Of a DNA stretch of 32,000 nucleotides, positions 1 through 9,074 are shown in pieces. The position numbers and the translations under genes are program-made. A model generated the notes under the pieces. The model was not told the DNA's origin, searched no databases, and saw nothing but the letters and a program-made list of their open reading frames with translations. Where the stretch lies: positions 270,001 to 302,000 of the forward strand of contig OZ007020.1 of assembly GCA_963931495.1 (NCBI GenBank), written 5' to 3'. Position 1 is the first letter of the stretch; each line of letters begins with the position of its first letter. This stretch comes from an uncultured Alphaproteobacteria bacterium. GTDB lineage: Bacteria > Pseudomonadota > Alphaproteobacteria > Rs-D84.

Positions 1-54
1 TGAAATTAATATCATATTGTGTTATCATGTATATATATTATATAAAGGTACAAA

Positions 55-531
55 ATGCGAATTTTAGGAATTGACCCGGGATTATTGCATACAGGGTGGG
101 CGATAATTGATTCTGTGGGTTCTGAACGCAGATATGTGGCCAGCGGGGTTATTTTACCAAAAACATCGGGGACGTTACCAGAACGGCTGAATGCGATATT
201 TCGTGGGGTTGATGATTTATGTGAAAAATTTTCACCGGATGTATGCAGCATAGAAATTACATTCGTAAATCAAAATCCAAAAACAACATTAATTCTGGGG
301 CATGCACGGGCGGCGGCAATTGTGGCGGTGGCAAATCGTGATATTCCAATTTATGAATATGAACCAAATAAAATAAAAAAAGCACTGACATCGGCCGGAC
401 ATGCAGACAAGGACCAGGTTTATAAAATGGTGCGGATTTTATTGCCGGCTGCAAATCCAAAAACATCAGACGAAAGTGACGCAATTGCAATCGCGTTGGC
501 GCATGCAAATATGAGCAAATTCAAGTTTTAG
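55..531 (+). CDS. ruvC: Crossover junction endodeoxyribonuclease RuvC (Holliday junction resolvase)
   Basis: The 158-aa ORF starts MRILGIDPGL..TGWAIID, which is the RuvC N-terminal catalytic Asp motif. It has the typical size and a C-terminal DESDAIAIALAH acidic motif. An AAGG RBS lies upstream. Confidence 0.9.
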   Translation: MRILGIDPGLLHTGWAIIDSVGSERRYVASGVILPKTSGTLPERLNAIFRGVDDLCEKFSPDVCSIEITFVNQNPKTTLILGHARAAAIVAVANRDIPIYEYEPNKIKKALTSAGHADKDQVYKMVRILLPAANPKTSDESDAIAIALAHANMSKFKF

Positions 532-577
532 AATTTTGATTTTTCTGGTATAATATACGTGTATTAAGGGGGATAAA

Positions 578-850
578 ATGCCAAAAGAAAAGTCATCTGG
601 GGATAATTTATTGTCGGCACAACGAATTTTGTTTCGTGCGTTTTTTGTAAATACTGTACTGGTGTTTTTGGTGTGGTTGATGACGTTTATCCAAGGGTTT
701 ATATTCCTGGGGGTCGTTATAACCGGGGTATCGGCGCCGATGTTTTATATTTCTGCGATTGGGGCGTTGGCTGTGTGGGGAATTGCCGGGGTTGCGCTGT
801 TCTTGGTGCCTGGAATCGCAATTTGGTGGGAAAGAAAAGTTATGAAATAA
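578..850 (+). CDS. Small integral membrane protein (about 3 predicted TM helices), function unknown
   Basis: The 90-aa ORF is preceded by a strong RBS (AAGGGGG at 567-573). It contains three long hydrophobic stretches and is followed immediately by an intrinsic terminator. I recognise no family motif. Confidence 0.55.
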   Translation: MPKEKSSGDNLLSAQRILFRAFFVNTVLVFLVWLMTFIQGFIFLGVVITGVSAPMFYISAIGALAVWGIAGVALFLVPGIAIWWERKVMK

Positions 851-877
851 AAAAAACGCCCAGATGGGCGTTTTTTT
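851..877. terminator. Bidirectional rho-independent terminator shared by the small membrane gene (+) and secB (-)
   Basis: The sequence is AAAAAA-CGCCC-AGAT-GGGCG-TTTTTTT. A 5-bp GC stem is extended by A/T pairing, with an A-tract on one side and a T-tract on the other. The secB stop codon (876-878) lies in the T-tract. Confidence 0.8.
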
Positions 878-1340
878 ATTTGTTGTTTGCCGGTGCACTG
901 GCGGCGTTGTTTTGTGCTTGATTTTGTCTGTCTGTATACATTTTTTCAAAATCAACAGGTTGCATAACAAACGCCGGCAATCCTGATTCAGATGTTAATC
1001 TGGTAACCAGTGCGCGAACAGATGGGAATAATAAATTTGGCACATCAATCAATAATGTACGTTTTTTGGCTTCTTCATCTTTTTCTTCGTCCATTTGAAC
1101 CAATCCAGAATATGTTGATTCAATCAAGAATATTGTTTTGTCGCCGTCATTTAATTTAGAATGAACCTTGGTGTTCAGGTCAACCATAAACAAATTGTTT
1201 TCAGCGCCCTTGATTTGAATATCAATATTAATTTCAACCTTGGCCTGGGTATTTTCGCGCTTAAAGAACAGTTCTGGGACGTTCGGGCTTTCAAACGAGA
1301 AATCTTTTATGAATTGCGATATGATGTTAAATTTTGCCAT
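876..1340 (-). CDS. secB: Protein-export chaperone SecB
   Basis: The 154-aa ORF aligns by eye with E. coli SecB. The N-terminus FIKDFSFESPNVPELF corresponds to IYTKDISFEAPNAPHVF, and NLLFPSVRALVTRLTSESGLP corresponds to [21 protein letters not shown]. It also has the acidic/polar C-terminal tail. Confidence 0.9.
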   Translation of the reverse strand: MAKFNIISQFIKDFSFESPNVPELFFKRENTQAKVEINIDIQIKGAENNLFMVDLNTKVHSKLNDGDKTIFLIESTYSGLVQMDEEKDEEAKKRTLLIDVPNLLFPSVRALVTRLTSESGLPAFVMQPVDFEKMYTDRQNQAQNNAASAPANNK

Positions 1341-1422
1341 TGCGTTTACTCCTTTTTTTACGCATTATTTTATGGTAATATAACACTTATGATATTGTTT
1401 TACAAGTGGGCGGGATAATAAA

Positions 1423-2526
1423 ATGGCAAAATTGACAATAAAAGTTATGATGCGCGCAATGATGGCAATGCTGGGGATGGTGATGTTGGCGTCGTGCGAT
1501 ATGTCAACCCCACGGCACCAGGGCGATAATTCTGTGATTCCATCAAATTTGCGCATGGTGTCGTATAATCAATTGCCAGGGTGGCGGGATGATGATGTGC
1601 GATATGCGTTACAGGCATTTCGGAATTCTTGTCGGGCGCGAATTCAATATACTGGGCGTGTTATCCCAGACAGGGCCTTGTTTGAAGAAAAATGCCGCAC
1701 TTTGCCGTCGGCATCCGCAGATGTGGCAACCGTACGTGCGTGGTTTGAATCTAATTTCCAGCCGTACCAGGTTATTGATGAAAATGGCGGGGTGCGTGGG
1801 TTATATACGGGTTATTATTCCCCAATAATTCCTGCATGTCGCACAAAAACAGCCCAGTGTAATGAACCGTTGATGGCGGTGCCAACAGATGGGCGTAATT
1901 ACAAGGGTGTGCCAAAGAAAACAATTATTGAACAGCAAATCGGACGGCCGCTGTATTGGGCAAATATTGTTGATGTGCAAAATATTCAAATCCAGGGCAG
2001 TGGTATGCTGGAACTGGATGATGGTACAATGGTGAAATTGAATTTTGCCGCTGTGAATGATATGCCGTTTAAGTCAATTGGGGAACAACTGCGTGCACGT
2101 GGAATTCGGCCGCAAAATGGTTATTCGGCGGATGCAGTGTGGCAATATCTGAAACAGAATCCGGCATTGGCCAAAGATGTGATTTATAATAATCCCCGGT
2201 ATGTGTATTTTTATGAATCTGTGCCCCCAGATGTAATCGGAAAATTGGGAACCCCGTTGTCCAAGATTCGTTCAATTGCCATGGATGATGATATTTATAC
2301 GTTGGGATTGCCCGTGTATATTGATACCAGTTTATCTGATGGACGTGCGTTTCGGCGCTTAATGATCGCACAAGATACAGGCAGTGCAATACGTGGATGG
2401 ATTCGCGCAGATATTTTCTTTGGCAAAGGTGATGAAGCGTACCAGTTTGCGCATGGTCAACATTCCCAGGGACGCATGTATATCTTGATGCCCAAAGAAT
2501 ACACATATGTCAAACCAACAATGTAA
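1423..2526 (+). CDS. mltA: Membrane-bound lytic murein transglycosylase A (MltA family lipoprotein)
   Basis: The 367-aa ORF has a lipoprotein signal with lipobox MLASC. It carries LPGWRDDD...ALQAFRNSC, typical of the MltA N-domain, and a C-terminal 3D-domain-like region (AQDTGSAIRG..RADIFFG.G). Confidence 0.85.
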   Translation: MAKLTIKVMMRAMMAMLGMVMLASCDMSTPRHQGDNSVIPSNLRMVSYNQLPGWRDDDVRYALQAFRNSCRARIQYTGRVIPDRALFEEKCRTLPSASADVATVRAWFESNFQPYQVIDENGGVRGLYTGYYSPIIPACRTKTAQCNEPLMAVPTDGRNYKGVPKKTIIEQQIGRPLYWANIVDVQNIQIQGSGMLELDDGTMVKLNFAAVNDMPFKSIGEQLRARGIRPQNGYSADAVWQYLKQNPALAKDVIYNNPRYVYFYESVPPDVIGKLGTPLSKIRSIAMDDDIYTLGLPVYIDTSLSDGRAFRRLMIAQDTGSAIRGWIRADIFFGKGDEAYQFAHGQHSQGRMYILMPKEYTYVKPTM

Positions 2527-2836
2527 GTTTAATAAACGCACGTCCAGACCGCAAACCATTGCAGGCGCGGTTGGGGGGCTGTTGCGATTGTTTGGGGTGC
2601 GTGCGTCTGATGCAGATTTGGTCGCACGTTGGGATGAAATAATGGGGCCTGAAATTGCAGGGTTGGCAACAATTGCATCAATCAAAAAAAATCGGGATAA
2701 TCAATTTATTGTAATGTTGCGACCAAAAAATCCGGCGTTCACACTGCAACTGTCGTATATGGCAGATGAAATCAAAGCGCGGATAAATAAATATTTTGGG
2801 CGTGATGCGGTCGCAAAAGTTTCGTTCCGAAAGTAA
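2507..2836 (+). CDS. DUF721 / DciA-like protein (putative replicative helicase operator)
   Basis: The 109-aa ORF overlaps the mltA 3' end by 20 nt. The pattern W.EI.GP.IA....I..........L.V......A....L.....I..RIN...G...V..I.FR matches my memory of DUF721 (DciA). Confidence 0.65.
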   Translation: MSNQQCKFNKRTSRPQTIAGAVGGLLRLFGVRASDADLVARWDEIMGPEIAGLATIASIKKNRDNQFIVMLRPKNPAFTLQLSYMADEIKARINKYFGRDAVAKVSFRK

Positions 2837-2852
2837 TGCTGTATGCCGACGT

Positions 2853-2881
2853 TTGGTGTTTTGGTGCTTTTATGATATAAT
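2853..2881 (+). promoter_or_regulatory. Sigma70-type promoter with extended -10 (TTGGTG - 17 nt - TGaTATAAT) for the MFS gene
   Basis: TTGGTG lies at 2853-2858, TG at 2873-2874 and TATAAT at 2876-2881. The -10 box ends only 9 nt before ATG 2891. Confidence 0.5.
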
Positions 2882-4075
2882 GTGTCCGCAATGGCACGGG
2901 ATAAATATATTTCTGTTAAACAGGGCATCAGCGGATTTTCATTTGCAAATCTGGGGTTGTTTACCGGATTCGCAGATGGTATTTATAATGCTGTTTATTC
3001 GTTGGTGTTAATGGAAATTTTTGCTAATTCGGCCGTCGTTGGTATATATGTCGCGATATACGCCGCGTTTTGTATGTTTGTGGGATTGTTTGCAAATGAA
3101 TTGTTTCGGCGATTTTCCAAAGCGCGTGTGTTTTATTTTTCAATGCTGATGTTGGCAATATGTTATGCAATGATGGGATTTTCTGTTCGCCCAAGCACGT
3201 TTGTTGTATTGGATTATACAACGGGAATCGCAATAACATTGGTCGGAATACTGATTCCGCTGTTTATGTCTGATTTTTCAGAAAAAGTCGGAATGGCGCG
3301 ACTGAATTCCCGGTATCATTTGTGGTTGAATGTCGGTGCACTGTTGGCACCGATGATTGCGCTGGCCATTGCGGAACAGTATAATAACAGGGCGGCGTTT
3401 TTTGCATCGGCGTTAATATATCTGTGCGGATGGGCGGTGTTTAAGTATTTTCGCGTTGTTCAGCCTGATAAAAAAGTTCATCCAATTCGGGCGCGCAGAA
3501 CATTACGCGCGTTATGGAAAAATGCAATTGCGTTCTTTAAGTATCCGGGAATGGCGCGTGCGTATGCCGTGAATTTTGGGTATTATTCTTTGCGCGCTAT
3601 GCGATATTTATATGTGCCGATTGTTGTTATTGAAAACGGATTTTCCAAAGATACGCTGGGGTGGGTTTTAACGTTGGGTATAATACCGTATCTGGTGTTA
3701 TCTGAACTGATGGGACGTTTTGTACGCCAGTCTGGAAAAAAACGCTGGCTGAAAGTTGGATTTTTGTCTTTTGCGGCGTTTTCGGCAATGGCGACATTTG
3801 TTACTGGGTTCCCGCTGTTGGTCATATTCGTTGTATGGCAAGTGTCGGGGGCGTTAATGGAACCTGTTCATGATTTGTTATTCTTTGATTCTGCAAAAAA
3901 AGCACAACAGTCAAAGTTCTATGGCGTGTTCAGAACCAGTGTGAATTTGCCGAATATTGTCGCGCCGGTGTTGGGGGCGGCGTGTATTACGGCCTTTGGC
4001 GTAACGTCGGCGGTCTGGATTGTTACAGCCGTTATCGGGGCATTGGCGGCAATGGTTGTTATGACCAAGAAATAG
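2882..4075 (+). CDS. Major facilitator superfamily-type transporter (about 12 TM), substrate unknown
   Basis: The 397-aa ORF is strongly hydrophobic and has two-halves architecture with a basic central loop (KKVHPIRARRTLRALWK). GTG at 2882 abuts the -10 box, so ATG at 2891 is the more likely start. Confidence 0.6.
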   Translation: MSAMARDKYISVKQGISGFSFANLGLFTGFADGIYNAVYSLVLMEIFANSAVVGIYVAIYAAFCMFVGLFANELFRRFSKARVFYFSMLMLAICYAMMGFSVRPSTFVVLDYTTGIAITLVGILIPLFMSDFSEKVGMARLNSRYHLWLNVGALLAPMIALAIAEQYNNRAAFFASALIYLCGWAVFKYFRVVQPDKKVHPIRARRTLRALWKNAIAFFKYPGMARAYAVNFGYYSLRAMRYLYVPIVVIENGFSKDTLGWVLTLGIIPYLVLSELMGRFVRQSGKKRWLKVGFLSFAAFSAMATFVTGFPLLVIFVVWQVSGALMEPVHDLLFFDSAKKAQQSKFYGVFRTSVNLPNIVAPVLGAACITAFGVTSAVWIVTAVIGALAAMVVMTKK

Positions 4076-4155
4076 GTGGCAGAAGGCGTATGATTTTCAT
4101 TGCGTGTGTGTAAAATAATTTGTATCATTTTCCTGATAAGAAAAGGGGAATTTTT

Positions 4156-5247
4156 ATGGCAAAAAAAGAAGCAGTAAAAGAAAATAATGCACCAGTAAAA
4201 AATCCAGCACTGGAATCAGCATTGGCACAAATTCAAAAACAGTTTGGTAAAGAAGCCATTATGAAAATGGGCGATGGATCCCAGCAGAATATAGAAGCAA
4301 TTTCATCTGGATCACTGGGGCTGGATATCGCATTGGGTATTGGTGGGTATCCGCGTGGACGTATCGTTGAAATATATGGCCCGGAAAGCAGTGGCAAAAC
4401 AACACTGGCATTGCATGCCGTTGCCGAAGCACAAAAAAAAGGTGGGACGTGCGCGTATATTGATGCAGAAAATGCGCTGGATCCAACGTATGCAAAAAAA
4501 CTGGGGGTGGATGTTGCAAATCTGATTATATCCCAGCCAGATTCCGGGGAACAGGCACTGGAAATTGCAGACACGTTGATTAAATCTGGGGCGGTTGATG
4601 TTGTCGTTATTGATTCGGTTGCTGCATTGGTGCCAAAGGCGGAACTGGAAGGTAATATTGGTGATTCTTTTGTTGGTACAACAGCGCGTCTGATGTCGCA
4701 GAGTTTGAAAAAATTGGCGGGTTCAGTGTCACGCAGTAATACACTGTTGATATTTATCAATCAAATTCGTATGAAAATTGGCGTGATGTTTGGTAATCCA
4801 GAAACAACATCGGGTGGAAATGCGTTAAAGTTCTATGCGTCGGTGCGTTTGGATATCCGCCGGACTGGGCAAATCAAAGATAAAGAAAATGTCGTTGGTA
4901 ATGAAACACGTGTAAAGATTGTAAAGAACAAAGTTGCGCCACCGTTCCGTACAGTGGACTTTAAGATTATGTATGGCGAAGGTATTTCACGCATCAGTGA
5001 AATACTGGATATGGGGGTAAAGTATGATTTGATTGAAAAAGCCGGCAGTTTTTATTCTTATAATAATGAACGTATGGGCCAGGGTGAAGCAAATGCGCGT
5101 CAGTGGTTGCGCGAACACCCAGATGTTCAGCAAGAATTACAAGATAAAATCATGGCGCGTGCAAACGGAATTGCCGAAGAAATGACCACAGGACCATCAG
5201 ATGATGATGCGAATGATGCCGGGGCGCCAAATGATGATTTTGAATAA
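4156..5247 (+). CDS. recA: Recombinase RecA
   Basis: It has the Walker A motif [12 protein letters not shown], plus [67 protein letters not shown] and an acidic C-terminal tail. I place the start at ATG 4156 behind RBS AAAAGGGGA, not at the TTG at 4120 given in the ORF track. Confidence 0.97.
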   Translation: MAKKEAVKENNAPVKNPALESALAQIQKQFGKEAIMKMGDGSQQNIEAISSGSLGLDIALGIGGYPRGRIVEIYGPESSGKTTLALHAVAEAQKKGGTCAYIDAENALDPTYAKKLGVDVANLIISQPDSGEQALEIADTLIKSGAVDVVVIDSVAALVPKAELEGNIGDSFVGTTARLMSQSLKKLAGSVSRSNTLLIFINQIRMKIGVMFGNPETTSGGNALKFYASVRLDIRRTGQIKDKENVVGNETRVKIVKNKVAPPFRTVDFKIMYGEGISRISEILDMGVKYDLIEKAGSFYSYNNERMGQGEANARQWLREHPDVQQELQDKIMARANGIAEEMTTGPSDDDANDAGAPNDDFE

Positions 5248-5267
5248 CGTATAAAGGGGTGTGTGGG

Positions 5268-6173
5268 ATGATGAGTCTTGCGAGATTGATTGCCATGACC
5301 AAGGTTGGAATGTATGGTCATGTGTTGAATTGGTTTTGGCGTGACAGGGTGCGGCGTCGTAAAATTCGTGGCGATGTTATATCCGCGGTTATCCCACAAT
5401 ATTTCAAACGGTATTTACCAGCGGCGGCGGCAACGCCGGAAAGAAAAGTTGTTAAAAACGACAAAAATGAAAAAATATTTTCTATTTGGTTGCAAGGTGA
5501 AGAAAATGCCCCGGGATTGGTAAAGGCTTGTTTCCGCAGTATCAGAAAAAATTGCCGGCAAGAATTGGTTGTGTTGGATGAAAAAACATTGCCAGAATAC
5601 ATAACTTTGCCCGATTTTATATGGCAGAAAAGGCGCGCTGGGAAAATTCATAACGCGCATTTTGCGGATATTTGCCGGGTGGAATTGCTGTATGAATATG
5701 GTGGTATTTGGATGGATTCAACGTGTTTGGTGACGGCACCAATTCCAGATTGGATTATAAAAGAAGATTTCTTTGTGTTTATGGCCGGTCATGCCGGCAG
5801 TCCGTACAGTTTTATGCAAAACTGTTTTATTCGTGCGCGGCGTGGCGCGTACTTGTTGGACGCGTGGCGGGCGATGATGTTTGAATTCTGGAAAAATGAA
5901 AACCGCAGTTTTGATTACTTTATGCATCAATTGTTGTTCAAAACGTTGGTAACAGGTGACGAACGCGCAAAGCAATATTTTGCAAAAATGCCCCATATTG
6001 ACCAAGATCCAACGCACATGCTGTGGTGGGCGTATAAAGACAAGCCGTTTGATAAAAAAATATTTGATAAAATTACATCAGGGGCGGTGTTTCAAAAACT
6101 GACATATCGGGGGGCGGATAACCCAATCCCAGGCAGTTTTGCAGATTATATCATAAATAAATTATATAAATAA
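5268..6173 (+). CDS. Capsular polysaccharide synthesis protein-type glycosyltransferase (Caps_synth-like, DXD sugar-binding region)
   Basis: IWLQGEENAPGLVKACFRSIRKNC...VVLDEKTL.EYI.LP...G.I.NAHFADICRVELLYEYGGIWMDSTCLV matches my memory of the PF05704 pattern. ATG 5268/5271 lies behind RBS AAAGGGG, with no terminator after recA. Confidence 0.6.
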   Translation: MMSLARLIAMTKVGMYGHVLNWFWRDRVRRRKIRGDVISAVIPQYFKRYLPAAAATPERKVVKNDKNEKIFSIWLQGEENAPGLVKACFRSIRKNCRQELVVLDEKTLPEYITLPDFIWQKRRAGKIHNAHFADICRVELLYEYGGIWMDSTCLVTAPIPDWIIKEDFFVFMAGHAGSPYSFMQNCFIRARRGAYLLDAWRAMMFEFWKNENRSFDYFMHQLLFKTLVTGDERAKQYFAKMPHIDQDPTHMLWWAYKDKPFDKKIFDKITSGAVFQKLTYRGADNPIPGSFADYIINKLYK

Positions 6174-6184
6174 TGGGGGTATAG

Positions 6185-7213
6185 ATGCCGAAAATATCTG
6201 TGATTATTCCGGGGTATAATGTTGAAAAATATCTGCGCAGGTGTTTGGACAGTGTTATAAACCAAACTTTTTCTGATTGGGAAGCAATATGTATAAACGA
6301 TGGTTCAACGGATAATACTGGGGCCATTATGGCGGAATATGCGGCGCGTGATAAGCGATTTTCTGTGATAAACGAGGCGCACGGTGGACCGTCTGATGCG
6401 CGAAATGCCGGTATCGCCCGGGCCACAGGTGATTATATTTTATGCGTTGATGGGGATGATTTGATTCATCCACAATTGATGGAAATTACATACTTTTTGG
6501 CCCAGCGCGATAATTCAGATATGGTGTCGTTTACGTATGATCGTTCATATCGTCCGTATTTAATGATGTGGTATAAATTAGGGAAAAATATTGATGATAT
6601 TCCACCACTGGGGTTGCGGCGTAAATATAATCCGGCGGCAATCAAGACGCTGGTGACGGATGATGTATTGGCGTACGCAACAGAACGTACACATAATGCA
6701 TTTAATCCAAAACGGAAATGGCTGATAAAGCATTGCCAGGTTTGGAAAAATTTGTATCGTCGCGAATTGATTTCGGATATATCATTCATCAGTGGCATTT
6801 TGTATGAAGATTTTCCGTGGTGGTCGGCGGTGCTGTTGAAAAATCCGCGTGTGACAATTGCGCCATTGCCACTGTATTTTTATGTGCCGAATTTTAATGG
6901 GATTGTCTTGTCCGCCGGCCAAATGAACGCGTTCCGTGGATTATGCATTGGGTTGAAAGATACATTCTTGTTATACAAAAAGCACGCGACAGATTACCAG
7001 ATGCAGATGTGGTCAAAAAACTTTAAGTGGTACTTTGTTAAATGGGCGTTTCGCAAAGTGAAGTATTTTACCAGTGCCACAGATTTGGAATTTGCACGCA
7101 AGTCGTTCTGTGAAATGGAAAAAATCGGTCTGTTGGATAATCCGTTCAGTAAAAAAGATAAAAAATTGCGTAGCGATATAGATGATTTTATTAAGGGGCA
7201 CTGTAAAAAATGA
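6185..7213 (+). CDS. Glycosyltransferase family 2 protein (copy A)
   Basis: It has the N-terminal GT-A fold signature ISVIIPGYNVEKYLRRCLDSVINQTFSDWEAICINDGSTD...ARNAGIARATGDYILCVDGDD. Its stop overlaps the next start (ATGA at 7210-7213). Confidence 0.85.
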   Translation: MPKISVIIPGYNVEKYLRRCLDSVINQTFSDWEAICINDGSTDNTGAIMAEYAARDKRFSVINEAHGGPSDARNAGIARATGDYILCVDGDDLIHPQLMEITYFLAQRDNSDMVSFTYDRSYRPYLMMWYKLGKNIDDIPPLGLRRKYNPAAIKTLVTDDVLAYATERTHNAFNPKRKWLIKHCQVWKNLYRRELISDISFISGILYEDFPWWSAVLLKNPRVTIAPLPLYFYVPNFNGIVLSAGQMNAFRGLCIGLKDTFLLYKKHATDYQMQMWSKNFKWYFVKWAFRKVKYFTSATDLEFARKSFCEMEKIGLLDNPFSKKDKKLRSDIDDFIKGHCKK

Positions 7214-8232
7214 AAAAGCGGGCGCCAAAAATATCTGTGGTTATACCTGTGTATAATGTTGAAAAATATTTGCACACGTGTTTGGACAGTGTTTTGAACC
7301 AGACTTTTTCTGATTGGGAAGCAATATGTGTAAATGACGGTTCAACGGATTTATGCCCCCAGATTTTAGAAAAATATGCCCGACGTGATAAGCGCATTCG
7401 CATAATATCCCAGAAGAACAAAGGAGTGTCCATGGCACGCAATGCCGGGATTGCGCGTGCGCGCGGGGATTATATATTGTTCTTGGACAGTGATGATTTT
7501 ATTCATCCGCAAACAATGGAAATTGCCATTTCGCAAATCATGGCGAGTAATGCGGATTTATTTTTGTTTTCCCAGCATAAAGAATTTCATATTCGGGCAA
7601 AACAAAAAATGCTGGTGGGGCAAGATGTGTCTGATGTTATATCAGATACAGATTTTCGTATGTATGATATTAATAAAATTCATGGATTTTATACAGAACG
7701 GCTGTTGTTCCACTGTACGGAACGTAATCATACATGGCGGGTGTTGCATCCGGTTCATCGGCATTGTTTTGTGGTGGTCGGACTGTATCGGCGTGAATTA
7801 ATCGCAGATTTGAAATTTATTCCCGGTATTATATTTGAAGATTTTGTATGGTGGTCGGAATTATTGTTGCGGCGGCCAAAAGCAGTGATTACAAATTTAC
7901 CGTTGTATTTTTATGTGCCTAATCCGGGGTCTATATTAAACAGTTCAAAAATGTTGCGTATGGCGGATTCGCTGATGTTTGGATTGCAATATACGTATGA
8001 TTTATATTCTGAACATGCAACAGTTTATGAATTATCGCATTTCCAACGTGAATTTTTATGGCCATTTATAATTATTGCGATGCACAATATTCGGGCAATA
8101 AAATCTGGGAAAAGCGGGATGTTGATTGATGGCAAAATGCGGCAACTGTATAAAAATGGTGTTTTTGATAATCCGCCAAATCGGCGTGCGCGCCGTTATC
8201 GTGGGCGTATCCAAGATTTAATTGCGCCGTAA
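7210..8232 (+). CDS. Glycosyltransferase family 2 protein (copy B, tandem paralogue of 6185-7213)
   Basis: It carries ISVVIPVYNVEKYLHTCLDSVLNQTFSDWEAICVNDGSTD...ARNAGIARARGDYILFLDSDD. The C-terminal block LYRRELI.D..FI.GI..EDF.WWS..LL..P......LPLYFYVPN is shared with copy A. Confidence 0.85.
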   Translation: MKKRAPKISVVIPVYNVEKYLHTCLDSVLNQTFSDWEAICVNDGSTDLCPQILEKYARRDKRIRIISQKNKGVSMARNAGIARARGDYILFLDSDDFIHPQTMEIAISQIMASNADLFLFSQHKEFHIRAKQKMLVGQDVSDVISDTDFRMYDINKIHGFYTERLLFHCTERNHTWRVLHPVHRHCFVVVGLYRRELIADLKFIPGIIFEDFVWWSELLLRRPKAVITNLPLYFYVPNPGSILNSSKMLRMADSLMFGLQYTYDLYSEHATVYELSHFQREFLWPFIIIAMHNIRAIKSGKSGMLIDGKMRQLYKNGVFDNPPNRRARRYRGRIQDLIAP

Positions 8233-8234
8233 TT

Positions 8235-9074
8235 TTATATACCAGATTTTTGAAAGCGTGTCGGAATTTTAACCACGCGTTTAAGTCCGAACATTCCCGG
8301 CTTGTCAGGTGCATATATTGGACGCGCAAATGTTTGAATATTGCGTGCAATCCGTAACCATTTTTCATCATGCGCGGGCAGGGCGGTCGTTGCGTTAATT
8401 GTGCCATTGCCACGACGACGCAGGTGGTTCAGCCAATCTGGGCCACGGGCGGCAGCCTTTTGTTCCAGCATTTTCATATCAACTGCACCAAAATGCAGCA
8501 AGTATAAATTTTTATCAATATGAAAATTATGATTGCGAATGCTGTGAAAGCCGCTGCCCCAATTTACGGGCGAATTTATTACAACTGGTTTTGTGTATCG
8601 GGTTGATAACAGTGCATATTCACGCTGGGCCAACAGTGGCGCGTTTGTATCCAGGGCCGATTCGCAATTCATGTTTTGACCAACATCCAGCCCCAATCCG
8701 GATACGCTGTTTTTTATATTTATTGACGACAGGTATTCAGACAGTGTTTGTTCTGTGTTCGGGTCAACAATTAAAAATTCATCGCAATCGCACCCAATTA
8801 CAATATCGTATGTCTTTAATAATTCGTGCGCCAGTTTGGTTAACAGACCGATGCGATATTTGTCACCTGTTGCGCGTGGCATGTCAATGTGTGGCAATTT
8901 ATGTATATGCACATTTCCGGCATTCCCAGGGATTTTTTGTTCCATTCCATCCAGGTATATGTATAAATTTTTATCCCCGATTTCGTTACCGTAATACTTT
9001 ATCCATCGGCCCAGAAAAAAATCATCATTACGTGCCATTGTTATGGCGGCGATTTTTTTTGTGTTTTTTATCAT
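8235..9074 (-). CDS. Glycosyltransferase, GT2-like (Glyco_tranf_2_4-type)
   Basis: From MIKNTKKIAAITMARNDDFFLGRWIKYYG...LYIYLDG......VIGCDCDEFL, the architecture resembles the NE..L.EW..YH / D.DEF family. The start at 9074 forms an ATGA overlap with the upstream gene's stop, whereas the ORF track start at 9122 would overlap that gene by 52 nt. Confidence 0.5.
   Translation of the reverse strand: MIKNTKKIAAITMARNDDFFLGRWIKYYGNEIGDKNLYIYLDGMEQKIPGNAGNVHIHKLPHIDMPRATGDKYRIGLLTKLAHELLKTYDIVIGCDCDEFLIVDPNTEQTLSEYLSSINIKNSVSGLGLDVGQNMNCESALDTNAPLLAQREYALLSTRYTKPVVINSPVNWGSGFHSIRNHNFHIDKNLYLLHFGAVDMKMLEQKAAARGPDWLNHLRRRGNGTINATTALPAHDEKWLRIARNIQTFARPIYAPDKPGMFGLKRVVKIPTRFQKSGI

Noticed and set aside
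608-970. 120-aa minus-strand ORF spanning the small membrane gene and the terminator
   Set aside because: It runs through the bidirectional terminator hairpin and overlaps the secB 3' end. Its composition is Pro-, His-, Arg- and Gln-rich. The plus-strand ORF has a strong RBS and a coherent TM pattern.
4233-4760. Long antisense ORFs inside well-identified genes, including 4233-4760(-) in recA, 10240-11031(+) in typA, 13274-13849(+) in serS, 18506-19030(-) in mutL, 20765-21307(-) in secD, 26025-26534(-) and 27117-27620(-) in ftsK, and 24973-25416(-) in the PAP2 gene
   Set aside because: Each lies wholly within a gene that has strong motif support on the other strand. Each has a low-complexity Ser-, Pro-, Thr- and Ile-rich composition typical of shadow frames. 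None has an RBS or promoter.
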